A DNA stretch of 64,000 nucleotides from the human T2T-CHM13v2.0 reference genome, Homo sapiens. Location of the stretch: assembly GCF_009914755.1 (NCBI RefSeq), contig NC_060934.1, one strand, 5' to 3'. This document shows positions 44,092 to 57,195 of this stretch, one piece after another. Both the position numbers and the translations under genes were made by a program. The notes under the pieces were generated by a model that saw only the letters and a list, made by a program, of their open reading frames with translations, made no database searches and was not told the DNA's origin. Position 1 is the first letter of the stretch; every line of letters begins with the position of its first letter.

Positions 44092-44680
44092 GGTGTGCCC
44101 TGTGTGTGTATAGGTGTGTGTCTGAGAAAGGGAGAGACTGTGGGTGTATGTGCCCGTCTGTGTGTGTGCATGTGCACACGTGTGTATGAGCATGTGAAGT
44201 GTGTCCCTGTTTGCATGTGTATACACACATGTTAGTGTGCCTCTGCCCACATATGTGAACGTGTATACCTGCCCATGTGTGTGAGTCCCTTCCCATGTAT
44301 ATGAGCATGCATGTGTGTATGTACCAGCTCATGTGTGTGTGCTCATGTGTGTCCCTGCCCGTGTGTGATAGTAAGAATGTGTACCTGCCTGTGTGTGTGA
44401 GCCCCTGCCCATGTGTGAGTGTACATGCATGTGCATGTGAGAGTGTGTGAGTGTGCCCCACCTCACGGATATGCGTGTGTCCCTGCTGATGTGTGAGTGA
44501 AAGTGTGTGTGCCTACCCACGTGTGTTTGTCCCTGCACATGTGTGCATGTGTGAGTGTGTCCATGCTCATGTGTATATGAGAGTGTGTGTCCCTTCTCAC
44601 AGTGTATGTGCGAGTGTATCTTTGCTTGTGTGTATGTGCATATGTGAGTGCGTCCTTGTCCACATTTGTGTGTGTGTGTA
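44092..44680. repeat. Degenerate TG-rich cryptic minisatellite (unit ~CCCTGCCCATGTGTGTGAGT)
   Basis: Direct reading; (g/t)ccctgcccatgtgtg-like unit recurs about ten times. Confidence 0.88.
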
Positions 44681-45266
44681 GGTACTGATGTGTTTGTGGG
44701 GTGGTGTCCCGCTTACAAACACACCTCTGCCTTCTTGCGTGGTATGTGTTTAAGAGTGTGTGACTTCACCTTTATTTCATACTTTGCTTCTTCTATATAT
44801 TTGTAGCAACCCACATGGAAAATCTCCGCCCATTGACAAGACAGCATGAGGGGTGTGTGTGTGTGTGTGTGCACGTGCATATATCTGTGGGGTTGCAGAC
44901 TGCCTTGGAGACTGCTGTTCATTATAAGGCTGGAATCTAGGGAGAGCAAAAGACAGCTTGTGAGCCCCACAGGGATGGGTGTGCTCTACTCAGGGTTGTC
45001 ATTACTTAAAGGACATTGCCTCTATTTTCTTTGTGGAGCCAAAGGTGTTTCTCCGCAGAGGATGCTAGCAAGAGCTGCAAGGAGGGGCTGGGCACAAGGC
45101 AGAATGGCTCCGCGAGCCCCTTCAGAGACCCCAGAGGGAAGAGGGAAGGACCACCCAGGACCTGGGCTGCTGGGTCCTAAGACCTGAACCTCAGTTCAGT
45201 GTATTAACTGTACAGACATAAACGTGTGAACTTGAACAAGAACATTTTGTAGGTGATAATGTATGC

Positions 45267-45453
45267 CAGTGGTTCTCAGGCTTCCGTGTGCATGAGAATC
45301 CTCTGGAAGGCTTGCTGAAACAGATGGCTGGGCCCGATCCTCAGAGTTTCTGGTTGAGCAGGTCTGAGGCGAGGCCTGAGAACTGGTATTTCTAAGAAGC
45401 TTCCAGGCGATGGTGATGCTGCTGGTCTGGGGAACCCACTTTGAGAACTACTG
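45267..45453. mobile_element. MER5A (hAT-Charlie), full length
   Basis: Terminal inverted repeats CAGTGGTTCTCA ... TGAGAACTACTG, ~187 bp. Confidence 0.85.
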
Positions 45454-45516
45454 ATGCACACCTCTGACAAATCCTTTAACGCACCCCCAGCACCACCAGC
45501 CTGTGAGGTTGGGTGG

Positions 45517-45780
45517 GAGGCAGTGCGCCATAGTGGTTAGGAGCAGAGATGAAGAGCACAGGAGCTGACTGGGGGGTTCAAATCTGACTCTGCCGCCACC
45601 ACCTGTGTGCCTTTAGACAAGGTTCTGAACCTCTCTGTGCCAAGGCTTCCTTGTCCATGAAGTGTGGAGGATGATCATATCTACTATACAGGGCTGATGT
45701 GCAGAAACTTAGTGCGTGTAAAAAGCTTAGACTAGTGCCTGGCACCTAAACAGCATTATGTGTATCGGCTCATGTTATTA
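45517..45780 (+). mobile_element. MIR SINE, near full length
   Basis: gggaggcagtg..atagtggttaggagc..gggttcaaatctgactctgcc..agtgcctggcac. Confidence 0.8.
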
Positions 45781-47561
45781 TCCCCACTGCGCAGAGGAGC
45801 AAACTGAGGTCACACTTCAAGTTAAGGCAAAGCTAGAATGAGAACCCAGGTCCCATGACTCCCGGCCAGTGCCTCTGCTCCCCACTTCTCCCACCCTGGC
45901 CTCCTCAATTTTGCTTTATGGGAGCTCTGGCCTACCCTAGCAGATGCTTCCTGAGCCTTCCTTCATGGGGAAAAGTGGGCAGACACTTAATTTCTTCCCT
46001 CTTAGAGAGGAATTGCGGGCGAAACAAACCCTGATGGAAGCTCTGAGCTCTGCCCCAGCCCACACGCTCCTTGCTGTCCACCTGTGACCTGGCCCCCTGT
46101 CCTCCTCTGTCCCCAGTTCCTCTAGCTCTGCCAGTAAAGCTCCTGGCTCTGCCAAGCCCTGGAGCTGCCAAACTTGAGACTTGATGGCAGGAAAGAGTAT
46201 GAAAAGACAGGGTCCCGCTGTGGGGCCCTTAAGCCAAATCCTTAACACTTGGACTTGAGCCTGGGTAATGGTGAGCCATGGCAGGTGCTTGGACATGATA
46301 AATGCAGGGTCTTTGAAGCATTGCTCTCTTGGTGTCACTCCTCAGCTCAGAAACCTTCAGTAGCTCCTACTGCCCACACATCAATCCCAGGCTCCTTGGC
46401 TTACCAGGCCAGGCCATCTGTACTAGCATCCATGATGCATGATCCTTCCAGCCTGTGTGGATGCTTGGTCCCCTAAAAAGATTGCTATCATCTCCCACAC
46501 TTTCTAAGGGCCATCCTGTTGTACAGCTCCAGACAGCATGGCCAGGCTGCACTTGCCCTGCCCTGTTCAGCTCTGGCTTCTGCCACCTTTTCCCTCCTAG
46601 GTGCCCTTCCACAAAGTCCTCCCTGATCTGTCACTGGAAATGGTGTCTGGCACCTCAGCTTTTGGGAACTCACGATTCCTATACCCTCCCTTTGTTTATG
46701 GTGATTTGTGGCCCTCTTAACTCGAACACTTGTTCCTAGTAAACACGCTCCCCTGCATAGTCCCTGTACCCCTCTGCCGGGGCCCGGCAGGAGACAGGGC
46801 AGGGGTGAGGCAGGTGCCTTACTCCACGCACGCCTCTGTTCCTCACCTGCTCCAGGACACCCTCCTCCTCCCTCCCAGCCTTCAGCATGTGACTGCCCTC
46901 AGGCTGGCTCTCAGGAGCTGTCTTTCTGCCAGGCTCCTTCTCTGTGGGCCTGAGGGAGGCTCAGTAGCTCCCTTTCCCTCCAAGAGCCCCAAAGCAGGCT
47001 CATGCCTCTTGCGTCCTAACACACAACCCTCCTGGACCCTGTATCTCCCTCTACCACTTTCGTTCCTTTTTCAGCCAAGCTCCTTTAAAGAAAAGCAATC
47101 TTTATTCTATAGTGTTATTGAAGTGTAATTGACATATGATAGACTGCACCACTTAAAGTGTATAATGGATAAGTTTCAACATAGGCACACGCCCTTGAAA
47201 CCATCACCACCATTAAGATAGCGAACATATCCATCACCCCCAGGTTTCCTCATGCCCCTTCATGCCCTTCCTTTCCACTCCTCCTCCTTCCCCAGGCAAC
47301 CTTGGAGCTGCTCCCTGTCACTATATGTTAGTTTGCATTCTCCAGAACTTTACGTACATGGAATAATACTGTATGTACTCTTTTTGTCTGTCTTCTTCCA
47401 CTTAGCGTAATTATTTTGGAGTCCTTTTATATTGTGTATAACCACAGTTTATTCCTTTTTATCGTTGAGTTATATTCCATTGTAAAAGCTATATCACAAT
47501 TTCTCTTTTCACTCATTGATAGACATTTGGGTTATTTCCAGTTTTTGGCTATTCCAAATAA

Positions 47562-47933
<372 letters not shown>

Positions 47934-47999
47934 TAGGAATGAGATTGCTGAATCATATGTATAGGTTTAATGTTTTCATTTCCTTTTTAAAAATAAAAA

Positions 48000-48110
48000 A
48001 AAATTTGTGCTATGTTGCCCAGGCTGGTCTCCAATTCCTGGGCTCATGTGATCCTCCCACCTCAGCCTCCTGAGTAGCAGGAATTACAGGCTGACACAGC
48101 TGCACCCAGC
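48000..48110 (-). mobile_element. Alu monomer (FLAM-like)
   Basis: Single monomer gctatgttgcccaggctggtctc..ctgggctcatgtgatcctccc. Confidence 0.8.
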
Positions 48111-48479
48111 ATAAGTTTAACTTTTTAAGGAACTGACACGCTGGTTTTCAAAGTGGTTGTACCCTTTCACCTTCCCACTGGCAGTGGGCGGGGGTCCCAG
48201 CTGCTCCTCTTGCCAGCATGTGGCATGAGAGGCTTTTCTTTTTATTGTGGTAAAATATACATAATGTAAAATTTACCATTTTAACCATTTCTATGTGTAC
48301 AGTTCAGTGGCATTAATTACATTCACAGTGTTGTGCAACCATCACCACTGCCTGTTTCCAGAACCAACTTACTTGTTCCAAACAGAAATTCTGTACCCAT
48401 TAGATAATAACTTCTCATTCTCCCTTCCTCCTACCCCCTAGCAATGTCCACTATGGGACGTATTTGATTTTTAATTTTA

Positions 48480-48767
48480 CTTTTTTTTTTTTGTCTTGCT
48501 CTATCACCCAGGCTGGAGTGCAGTAGCACCATCACGGCCCACTTCAGCCTCAGCATCCTAGGCTCTAGCAGTCCTTCCATATCAGCCTCCTGAGTAGCTG
48601 GGACTACAGGCATGTGCCACTACACCCAGCTAATTTTTTATGTTTTGTAGAGATGGGTGGGGTCTTGCTGTGTTGTCTGGGCTGGTCTAACTCCTGGGCT
48701 GAAGTGATCCTCCCGCCTTGGCCTCTCAAAGTGCTGGGATTACAGGCATGAGCCACTGTGCCTGGCC
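48480..48767 (-). mobile_element. Alu (AluJ-like)
   Basis: Diverged full dimer. Confidence 0.88.
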
Positions 48768-49199
48768 CTTATTTTTTATTTTAGCCATTCTAATACTTAT
48801 GTGATAGTATCTCATTGTCATTTTATTTGCATTTTCCTAATGATTAATGATGTTGAGCATCTTTTCATGTACAAATTTATTTGCCATCCATATATCTACT
48901 TTGGTGAAGTGGCTATTCAAATCTTTGACCATGTTTAGAAAATGAGTTATTCATGTTCTGATAATTGAGTTTTGAGGGTTCCTTATATACAGATAAAGGA
49001 CTCATATATCTGAGTCCTTTAGCAGATATATGATTTGCAAATATTTTCTCCCAGTCTGTGGCTTGTCTTTTCATTCTCTTGGCAGTGTCTTTTGAAGAGC
49101 AGAAGTTTAATTTTGCGGGTCTTTCAGCCAAGCTCATGCACTCGCCCACTCTTGACCGCAGTCCCTGGCTTACTGCACTGCCATCTGCGCGCAGCCCGG

Positions 49200-50025
49200 C
49201 TCTTGCTCCCACCACAACACTGACGTGGTACCCACTAAGGCCAGCCAGTGGCTCTCACTCTGCCGAGTTCAGCAAATGTGTTGCAGATGGTATATGCCTG
49301 GGACCTTTCCCTGGATTTGACCCTGCAGGTCACTCACGACCTGGAACTGTGTTCCTCAGGGACCCCTGCTTCTCTCCCACCACTGTGATTGTGCCTTCTC
49401 TGTCTCCGTCTCCCACTCAGCAGTGATGCTTCCCAGGCACGCACCCTCTGCCCCCTTTATGTGCTCTCTGTGGTGCGATTTCCCTCATATTTGCTTTATG
49501 ACCACCCCCAAGCCAGTGATACCCAGATTGCAGTCTCCAGCCCAGCCACCTTCCTGGACTCCAGTTGCGTGGACCCAGCTGAGCCCTGGAAGCTGCACCA
49601 GGAGGGCCAGCGCCACCCCCATTGACGTGTCCCCGTGAGAACTTTTCCCCAAACCCTCCCTCTCTAACCATCCCACGCCGTGTTGTTTCTGACCCCAGGG
49701 CCTTGTTCCTGCCATTCCTGCGGCCTGGTACACCTGCCCTAGGTTTCCTTTCCTTTTTCTTTTCCTTCATGCATCTCAAGCCGTCTCTCTTCCCGGAAGC
49801 TTTGCTGGGATTCCATCCTTGGGATCTTTCCTCTGTACTCATGGCCTGTAATACAGCTTAGCATGTACACACATCCTACGTGGAAACCATCTGTTTATAT
49901 GCTTATTTCCCCCAATAGGTGGTAATTGCTTTGAGAGTCAATGTGACTTCTAATTTGTATTTTTGTCCCCCACATCTACAGGTGTGCCTGGAATGGATCT
50001 GGTGCTCGACAGATGATAGGTGATT
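49200..50025 (+). mobile_element. Highly diverged L2 relic
   Basis: gatacccagattgcagtctccagccc and tail-like ttgtatttttgtcccc..gtgtgcctgg..ggtgctcga. Confidence 0.45.
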
Positions 50026-50039
50026 CAGTTTCAGGGCTG

Positions 50040-50490
50040 GACCTGGGCCAGTCCCGAGCTTGTTTGTCCTCAGCTCCATTCTTGGCCACCTCCAGCCCTG
50101 CTCCGAGTGGCGGGGAGCTGACCCCATGGGCTGCCTTCCTCAGGCTCCCAGATCAGCTGGCTTCTGCCTGGGTTTAGCCAACAGGAGGCCCTGGCAGGAG
50201 ACTGGATGGTGGGAGGAAGGGAGGAGCCAGGGTGTTTCTTTCCTTCTCTCCTCGGGTGGTAGCTCCAAAGTTTGTGTCTCTTGGCTCCTGTTAACACCAC
50301 CTCCTCCCTTGTCCCTCCCGCAAAGGGCTGGCAGTGTGGCTTTCTGCTGGGCCTCTGTCTGGGTCACCACACCGCCCTGTTTGGCCTCTTGGCTCCTCTA
50401 TCACCCGTGTGACCGATTCCCCACGTTAAATCCCCTCTCTTCGCAGCTCTAACAGTGTCTCCTTCTTTCTGGTTGGACCCTCACTCAGCC
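50040..50490 (+). mobile_element. ERVL solo LTR (LTR33-like)
   Basis: ggagctgacccc..aggctccc..ctggcttctgcctgggtttagccaacaggaggccctggcaggagactgga..gggaggaag. Confidence 0.65.
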
Positions 50491-51494
50491 CAGCTGCCAG
50501 GGACTGTCCCCTCTGCTTGTACAGTGCTGGCCCAGCATTCACTTGTCCAGGAAATGCCTGGGTGAATGGCAGGCACATGGGCCAGGCTTCAACTTGCTCT
50601 GCCCTCGCCCTTTGGCCTTGAAGGTCCTGCCAGATACTCCACAGCGAAGCGAGGCCTGAGCCCTTGTGCTGGGGTTGCCAAGGGAGGGGTCTGGAGGTGG
50701 CAGCAAGTGGTGGGAGGGCAGGTTGGCAGTGCCAAGGACTCCTGTGCTCTGTGCATGGCCCTTTATCTATTAAGCCTGCTGAGTGGTAGACTCCAGTGTG
50801 GTCCCAGGTGGTGGGAAAATAGCATCTTTAATTGTGCTCGGAATGAGATTAACTTCTTATCTGACAGTTTGACATCTTTATTGTTATTAATACCCGAATA
50901 ATGCATTGTTATTTTTATAAACTCCATGGTGGCAAACATTTTTCCTTTATTTGGATTAAAAGTAGGTGTATCTGTTACTTCCCCTCATTACCCTGGGCTG
51001 GAACTCAGGGTCTCTGGCTGGGGAGCAGGGACTGGGGTGAAGGGAAGCCCATCTGCCGAGTCCTCTCCCAAGTGGCAGAGGAGCCAGGCCCCAGAGCTGG
51101 TCACTTGGCAATAGCACAGTCAAGGTCTGGGCAAAGCCTCCTGGCCTCCATTCCCGCCTGGGAAGGCAGGATGCTCCCGGAGTCTTCCCTACTGGAGAGG
51201 CGGTGTTCTGGAATACAGAGCCTGGAGACTTTGTCCTGGACTTACTCAGGGGCTGTAAATGGAAGTACAGGTTCTCCACAGCATCAAGTGGATGGAGAAG
51301 GAAGACATAAAAAGTCAATATAAATGCCATGGAGGAATACCAAGGGCCCTCTGTGCACCTGTGTGTTCATTCATAAGTATTTGCTGATCACCTACTGTGT
51401 GCCGGATATGATGTTACGTGCTGGTATACGATGGGGCTGGCATCCAGAGTGCCCCTTTTGGGGGTGAGGTTGAAGGGAAGGGCAGGATAATACC

Positions 51495-51720
51495 AAAGTC
51501 AGGATCATGGCTCTTGAGTCAGGCTGCCTGGGCCCAAATCCTGGTATCCAGAGGTCCCAGGGCAAGTTCCTCAACCTCTCTGAGCCTCAATTTTTCTCGT
51601 CTGTAAAATGGAGATAAAAAAGTACTTACTTCCAACATTCTTGGGATCATCAAATACATGTGAAAACATTTGCTACACTGCCTGGGGCACAGAAGAACCC
51701 AACAATATTATGGATGATGA
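51495..51720 (+). mobile_element. MIR SINE
   Basis: gggcaagttcctcaacctctctgagcctcaatttttctcgtctgtaaaatggagat. Confidence 0.8.
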
Positions 51721-54700
51721 TTGTAGCTGCAGCTCTAGACGTGGGGCCAGGCCCTTGCAGTATGGCTACTAGAGGGTCAGGTGAGCAGTGGGCAGGGGTG
51801 CCCACAGCTGGCCCCTGTGAGCATCAAGCTCCCTCCCCAGGGACCTGTTGCCCACTCCCAGGCCCCCTGGCTCCTCCACTTACCCAGTCGTTAGCCCAGC
51901 TGACAAGGATGATAATGCCTCTGCCTTGGAGAGCTGGCGCCGACGTCTTTATCAAAGCCAATATTAATTTTCACTAATTAGGAGCTGCCGCTAATGAGCG
52001 TCACAGCTAATTTAGCTCATCTATAACCTAGGAATGGCACTGCTCTCATGCCAGGCTCCAGAGTCCAGGATGTTGGTGCCCGCTCCCTCCCCCACCTCCT
52101 CTCCACAATGCCAGAGGCACCAGCTGCCAGTACAGCCTGTTCCCACATGCCACCAGGGCCAGCTTGTTCTGCAGAGGGTCCAGTGGCCTTCACCTCCAGG
52201 GAGCCCTCAGGGTGGGGCCAAAGGGAAAATCCCTAAGGAAGGGGTCAGAGTATGTGCCAATCAGCTCCAGGAGTAAGTTTGAAACAGGAGGTTCAGTCTG
52301 GGAGGCTTCCTTTTTATTAGGGTACCATCCCTGCTGAGGCTTTGGCTCTGTCAGTTCTAATGCCTCTGTCGCCTCCTTCAGGAAGCCTTCAGAGACCACC
52401 TTAGCCCACAGAGACCTTTCCCCACTTAGTAGAGCTCTCACTGGTCAAACATTTGGCAGCAAACAGCGTTTGCCATGTTGCCTTCTCCTGGGAGACAGTG
52501 GAATACGGTGCTCAGAAGGTGGGCCTTGCATTCTGGCAACTAGCAGCTGTTAGACCTGTGCCTCAGTTTCCTCTCTGGTAAAATGGAGAAAATAACATAT
52601 TGCTCATTAGGGGCACGGGGTGGGTGAGATGAGCCAGTGCATTGCCACGATCGTTGCTTTTAACTTTCCCATTGTGTTTCACAGGTCCACATGCATCTTC
52701 TGGTAGTCTTTCCTTCTTAAGAGAACTTACTTGTCCTTGCGCTCCTCTGTGTGCTCAGCACAGACAGGGGTTGTGCTCAGAGCAGACAGCAGGTCAAGAG
52801 CCCCGGCTAGCAGGCCGAGCCCCCAGCGCATGCCAAGTAACTGTTGAATGAATGAATAAACCTGGATTCTTACTTCTTTCTGAGCCTTAGTTTCCCCATC
52901 TGTAAAATGGGGCCATTGGCTTGGTCAATGTCTAAGACTGCTCTCATCTCTTTCATTCAAGACCCTTGATGACTTCAAGTAAGAATTTGGTGAGTGGATG
53001 GATGCTGGCTTCTGCCTCTCACTAGGAAGACGGGAATGGTGACTATTTGCCCCTCCAGGCCCTGCAGGGTGCCTTCCAGTTCTCAGATGGGGACTGAGAG
53101 TAGCTGCTGGTCAGAGCTGTGTAACCTTAGTGCAGGGCTGCTTTTCTGGGCCAGTGTGGCTCTCTTCTCACCACCAGCACAGGGAGGCATTCACCTGGCT
53201 TAGCCCTCAGACACACGACATCCGCAGGAGCTGCCGAGGAGCGTCCCTGACCTCTCCAGCCTGCTGGGACCTCCCAAGTGTGAGCATCACGGTGGGGAGG
53301 GCGGGGTAGGAAGAGAGAAAGCACTTGGGGGATGGTCTTAGACTCTCTGGTTTGGAGTTCCTGTTCCTGCTTCCCTTTCTGTTTCCTGTGTGCAGCCTGA
53401 GCTCTTGGCTCCCGAGAGGGGAGGGTCTAGGAGGGCGGTTGAGGACAGCTTTTTTGCACTTATCACCTCTGAAAAGCGACCTTCAGGCTGAGCCAACTTT
53501 GGGGGAAGAGCCTTCAGGCGTGACAGATTTGACTATAAATCTTCGGTATTAATGCCCGGTTCCCAAGGTCTGTCATCCTGTATGCCCGCGTGACAATTGA
53601 AAACAGTGTGAGGCCCATCTGTCACCCGAGGGGTCCCCGTCCCCTGCTGGCTTTGCCTGAGCAGGGATGGCAGGCTGGGAGGCAGGGGTATGAAGGAAAA
53701 GGTAGGGAGGATCTGGCCAGTGACAGGGTTGGGGATTGCAGCCAATAGCTGGAATGCAGGCCCTGAGGGGCGGAGGCTGGAAGGCAGGGAGCAGGCCCCA
53801 GTTCCATGCCTGGGGTCAGAAGCCTGCAGGCAGGTGGGAAGAATGTCACCCTGCAGGAGCCGGGGCCTGGGGTTATCTCTGGCTCCATTTCCCATCTGCC
53901 ATGTGGCCTAGGCAGGTTGGCTGCCCTCCCTGGGCCTCAGTTTCCACTCTTCAAAGCAAGGGGGTGGCTGAGATGGTTTCTGAGGTCCTTTGTCCTCTGG
54001 TCGTTCATGTGGAGCCCCCACCTCCCTGGCAGCTTCCAGACATTTGGTGATTGGTTTGATGGGAGCTGAGGATAACTGTACAGAGACACAGAGCACGCAG
54101 GTGGGGAGGGACTATTTAAATAGGGCATCAACAATGCAAGGGGAGTTTTCCTTCCCCCTCCCAGGAAAAGTACAGGATGCTGCAGTTCATGGCTGCATCT
54201 TTCATGCACATGCCCCCGTCCCCACCCCTTCATGCAGAGGAGGACTGGGTCTTTGTTATCTCCTCATCTTGAACCTGGTAATAGCAAGTCGGCGATTTGG
54301 GAGAATCTGAGACTTGTGTCTGAAAGGATCTTCCAGTATCTCTAGCCCAGGCTTCTCACTGTATTGAGAAGGAACCCAGGGCCCGGAGAAGGGAAGTGAC
54401 ATGCTCAAGGTCACATGGCAGATGGCTGGGTAGGAAGCCAAGAAAGGGGCAAGATGTGTCCCCAGCTCCAATTTGCTCCTGAGGATTCTCTGGAAAGATT
54501 TGGGGCTGGAACAGACACTTCAAGTACAAATGGAAAACCACTGACTTGGCCAAGAGGACAGAGGATGGGAGCACCAGCAGCTTAAGAGAGGGTTTGTCTG
54601 CCCCTACTTTCAACTTCCTATTTGTACTTTTGATTTCAAGTGTGCAATATATCACATAGACAGAAGGGTGTATCGTAGAACCTGGATATACGAGTTAAAG

Positions 54701-55122
54701 AAAACACATGTATGATAAACCAAACACATGTATGATCTCACCCTGGACATTGCCAGGAACTTCAAAGCACCCCCTTTGGCGTGCTGGCTTGACCTGCTCC
54801 CTCCTGCTCCCAGCCGGACACGCCTCCTCTCATGGCTCTTCCAGAGTGAGAACATTCCTGAGAGAATCTGGGAACAGTGCCTTGGCTGAGAGGAGCACTG
54901 GAAATGTTAGGGCTGTTCTACCCTTGACCTTGAATGAGATCCCAGAGGGAGCCACTCCTCAATCTTTGCTTCTTGAGATCTGTGCAGCATCCCACATGAC
55001 CGACCCCTAACTCTTCTCCATCTTCCTCCTTGGCCTTCATCCAAGGCTCACTTGGGAGGTCCCAGCAGGGTAGAGAAACCAGGGACGCTCCTGGGCAGTT
55101 CCTGCAGATGTTGTGTGTCTGA

Positions 55123-55465
<343 letters not shown>

Positions 55466-55479
55466 TGAATCTTCCTCAG

Positions 55480-56625
55480 GCCTCTGTCTTCAGCCCCTTC
55501 CCTGCTCCCTCTACAATCCTTTCTTCTGGACCTCACCACTCTCATGGCTTCGGCTGCCATGTGCAGGGTCCAGCTCCAAAAACCTCCTCCAGCCCATCCT
55601 GTATCCTGAGAGCACTGAACGAGCATGCCCTGCATCTTACTCGAGACATCTGCAAGCACCTCAGACACCAAGTCTTTCTTCTCCCTCTCATCCAACATTC
55701 AGTTCGTTGCCTAAGCCAGAGCTTTGTATGCCAACTTTCTTGTTCTTAAACCAATTCACTAAGTCACTAGATCTTGCTGTTTCTACTTGTGAAATGTCGC
55801 TCACACTGCCTGTCCCTTTCTCTCTCTGCTGGGCTCTTATTATCCCGGCTTAGGCAGGACTGGTAAATCCCCAGCACTGATGCCACATTTCTCCTATCAC
55901 GTGCCCGGGCCAGACATCACTACTCTATCATGGTACTTTTTCTCTTCTCCACACAGTACCCCAGGCAGCCCCTACCAATCTATGAGAATTGGCACATAAG
56001 ATAAAAGTGATTTGCTATTTATGGCCTAGGTTTCATAATAACCTTCCAACTAGTCTCCTTGCTTTCAGTGTCTGTCCACACAAATCTGTCTTCTACATGT
56101 CTGCCAAAAGAATCTTCTAAAAGTACAAATGAAGCCAGGTTATCCTTCTATTTTAAAGTCCTTTCATAGCTCTCTTTTGCCAACAGGATAGAATAAAAGC
56201 TTCTTAGCCTGGCATACATACTCTGCCGAGTGCTCTCAGCTTCTCACCGTCATCTCTTACCACTGTATGGTTGACCCCCTCCCTCCTGCTGTGCCTGGAG
56301 ATTCACAGTTCTATTGATGCATCATGCAACCTTACACCTCAGGGCCTTTGCACCTGCAGTTCCCTCTGCCTAGTGCCCTCCCCTTCCTCAGCCTCCTGAT
56401 GATGCCTTCTCATCCTTCAAGGTCCTATCTTCCTGCACTGCCATGGCCCCTTCCCCTGTCACAGGGAGTTGTCCCCCTCGGTTCTCCTGGAGCATCCTGA
56501 GCAGCCCTGCATGATAGAGCTTGTCACTGAGGTTCATTTGCAATTTCTGCTGCATCTGGTTCATTTTACATCTCCAGGATCTGGTGCTGGTCCAGGCAAA
56601 CATGGCCCCAGGTAGTTCATTAGAT
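55480..56625 (+). mobile_element. L2 relic containing a small hAT element (MER117-like, ~55853-56020)
   Basis: ctcagggcctttgcacctgcagttccctctgcct (L2); ccaggcagcccctaccaatc..aattggcacataagataaaa (MER117-like). Confidence 0.6.
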
Positions 56626-56989
56626 GCTGTTGGGGCAGGGGTCTGGATCCCATGCCTCCCCTGCCCCCTCCCATCTATCTCTGGTCTCTGGTGCTGCTCT
56701 CCTTGGCTAAGGGTCACCCCAAATTCAATGGTACATTAGTAACTCCAGTGGCTGTGGAGGAATCTAAGAGCCCGTCTCCAAAGCCTGAAATATATAAATG
56801 AAAACATTTTCATATTTTCTTAGAGCCCCTCCTTAACAAATGACTTGGCCAAAAAGAAGGTCTTTTCTTCTTCTTTTTTATAAGAATGGAAAGCCTGAGC
56901 AGGCATGGTTTATTTGTCCTGTTATTTTTTATGTCTGTTCATGGGTCACATGGAGACTTTATGCATTTGGGTTGAGAGAGGAAGGGAGT

Positions 56990-57195
56990 GGCCATTTACC
57001 GAGTGTCCACTTCAAGGAGGGGACTTCCACGTATGGTTCTTCACTGAGTCCTCAGAACAGCCTTGAGAAACTAAATAATTGTCCCCATTATGTAAGATGA
57101 GGCTCAGAGAGGTTAAGTGCCCTGACCGGGCTCACACAGCAGGTAATTAAAGGAGGCAGGATTCAAACCCAGGTTTGGCTGTCTCCCAAACTCAT
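56990..57195 (-). mobile_element. MIR SINE
   Basis: gaggctcagagaggttaagtg..ggcaggattcaaacccagg. Confidence 0.75.

Noticed and set aside
48913-49215. L1 ORF2-like peptide
   Set aside because: Short degenerate fragment of a truncated, Alu-interrupted old L1; not an active element
52938-52995. Possible micro-exon (acceptor 52961, donors GTAAGA 52979 / GTGAGT 52990) and nearby strong acceptor at 52684
   Set aside because: AAG acceptor, lengths of 17/28 nt not frame-preserving, overlaps MIR-like sequence; such matches are common by chance in long introns
54702-54736. 15-bp direct repeat AAACACATGTATGAT x2
   Set aside because: Only two copies, a local slippage duplication in old L1-like sequence; not an array
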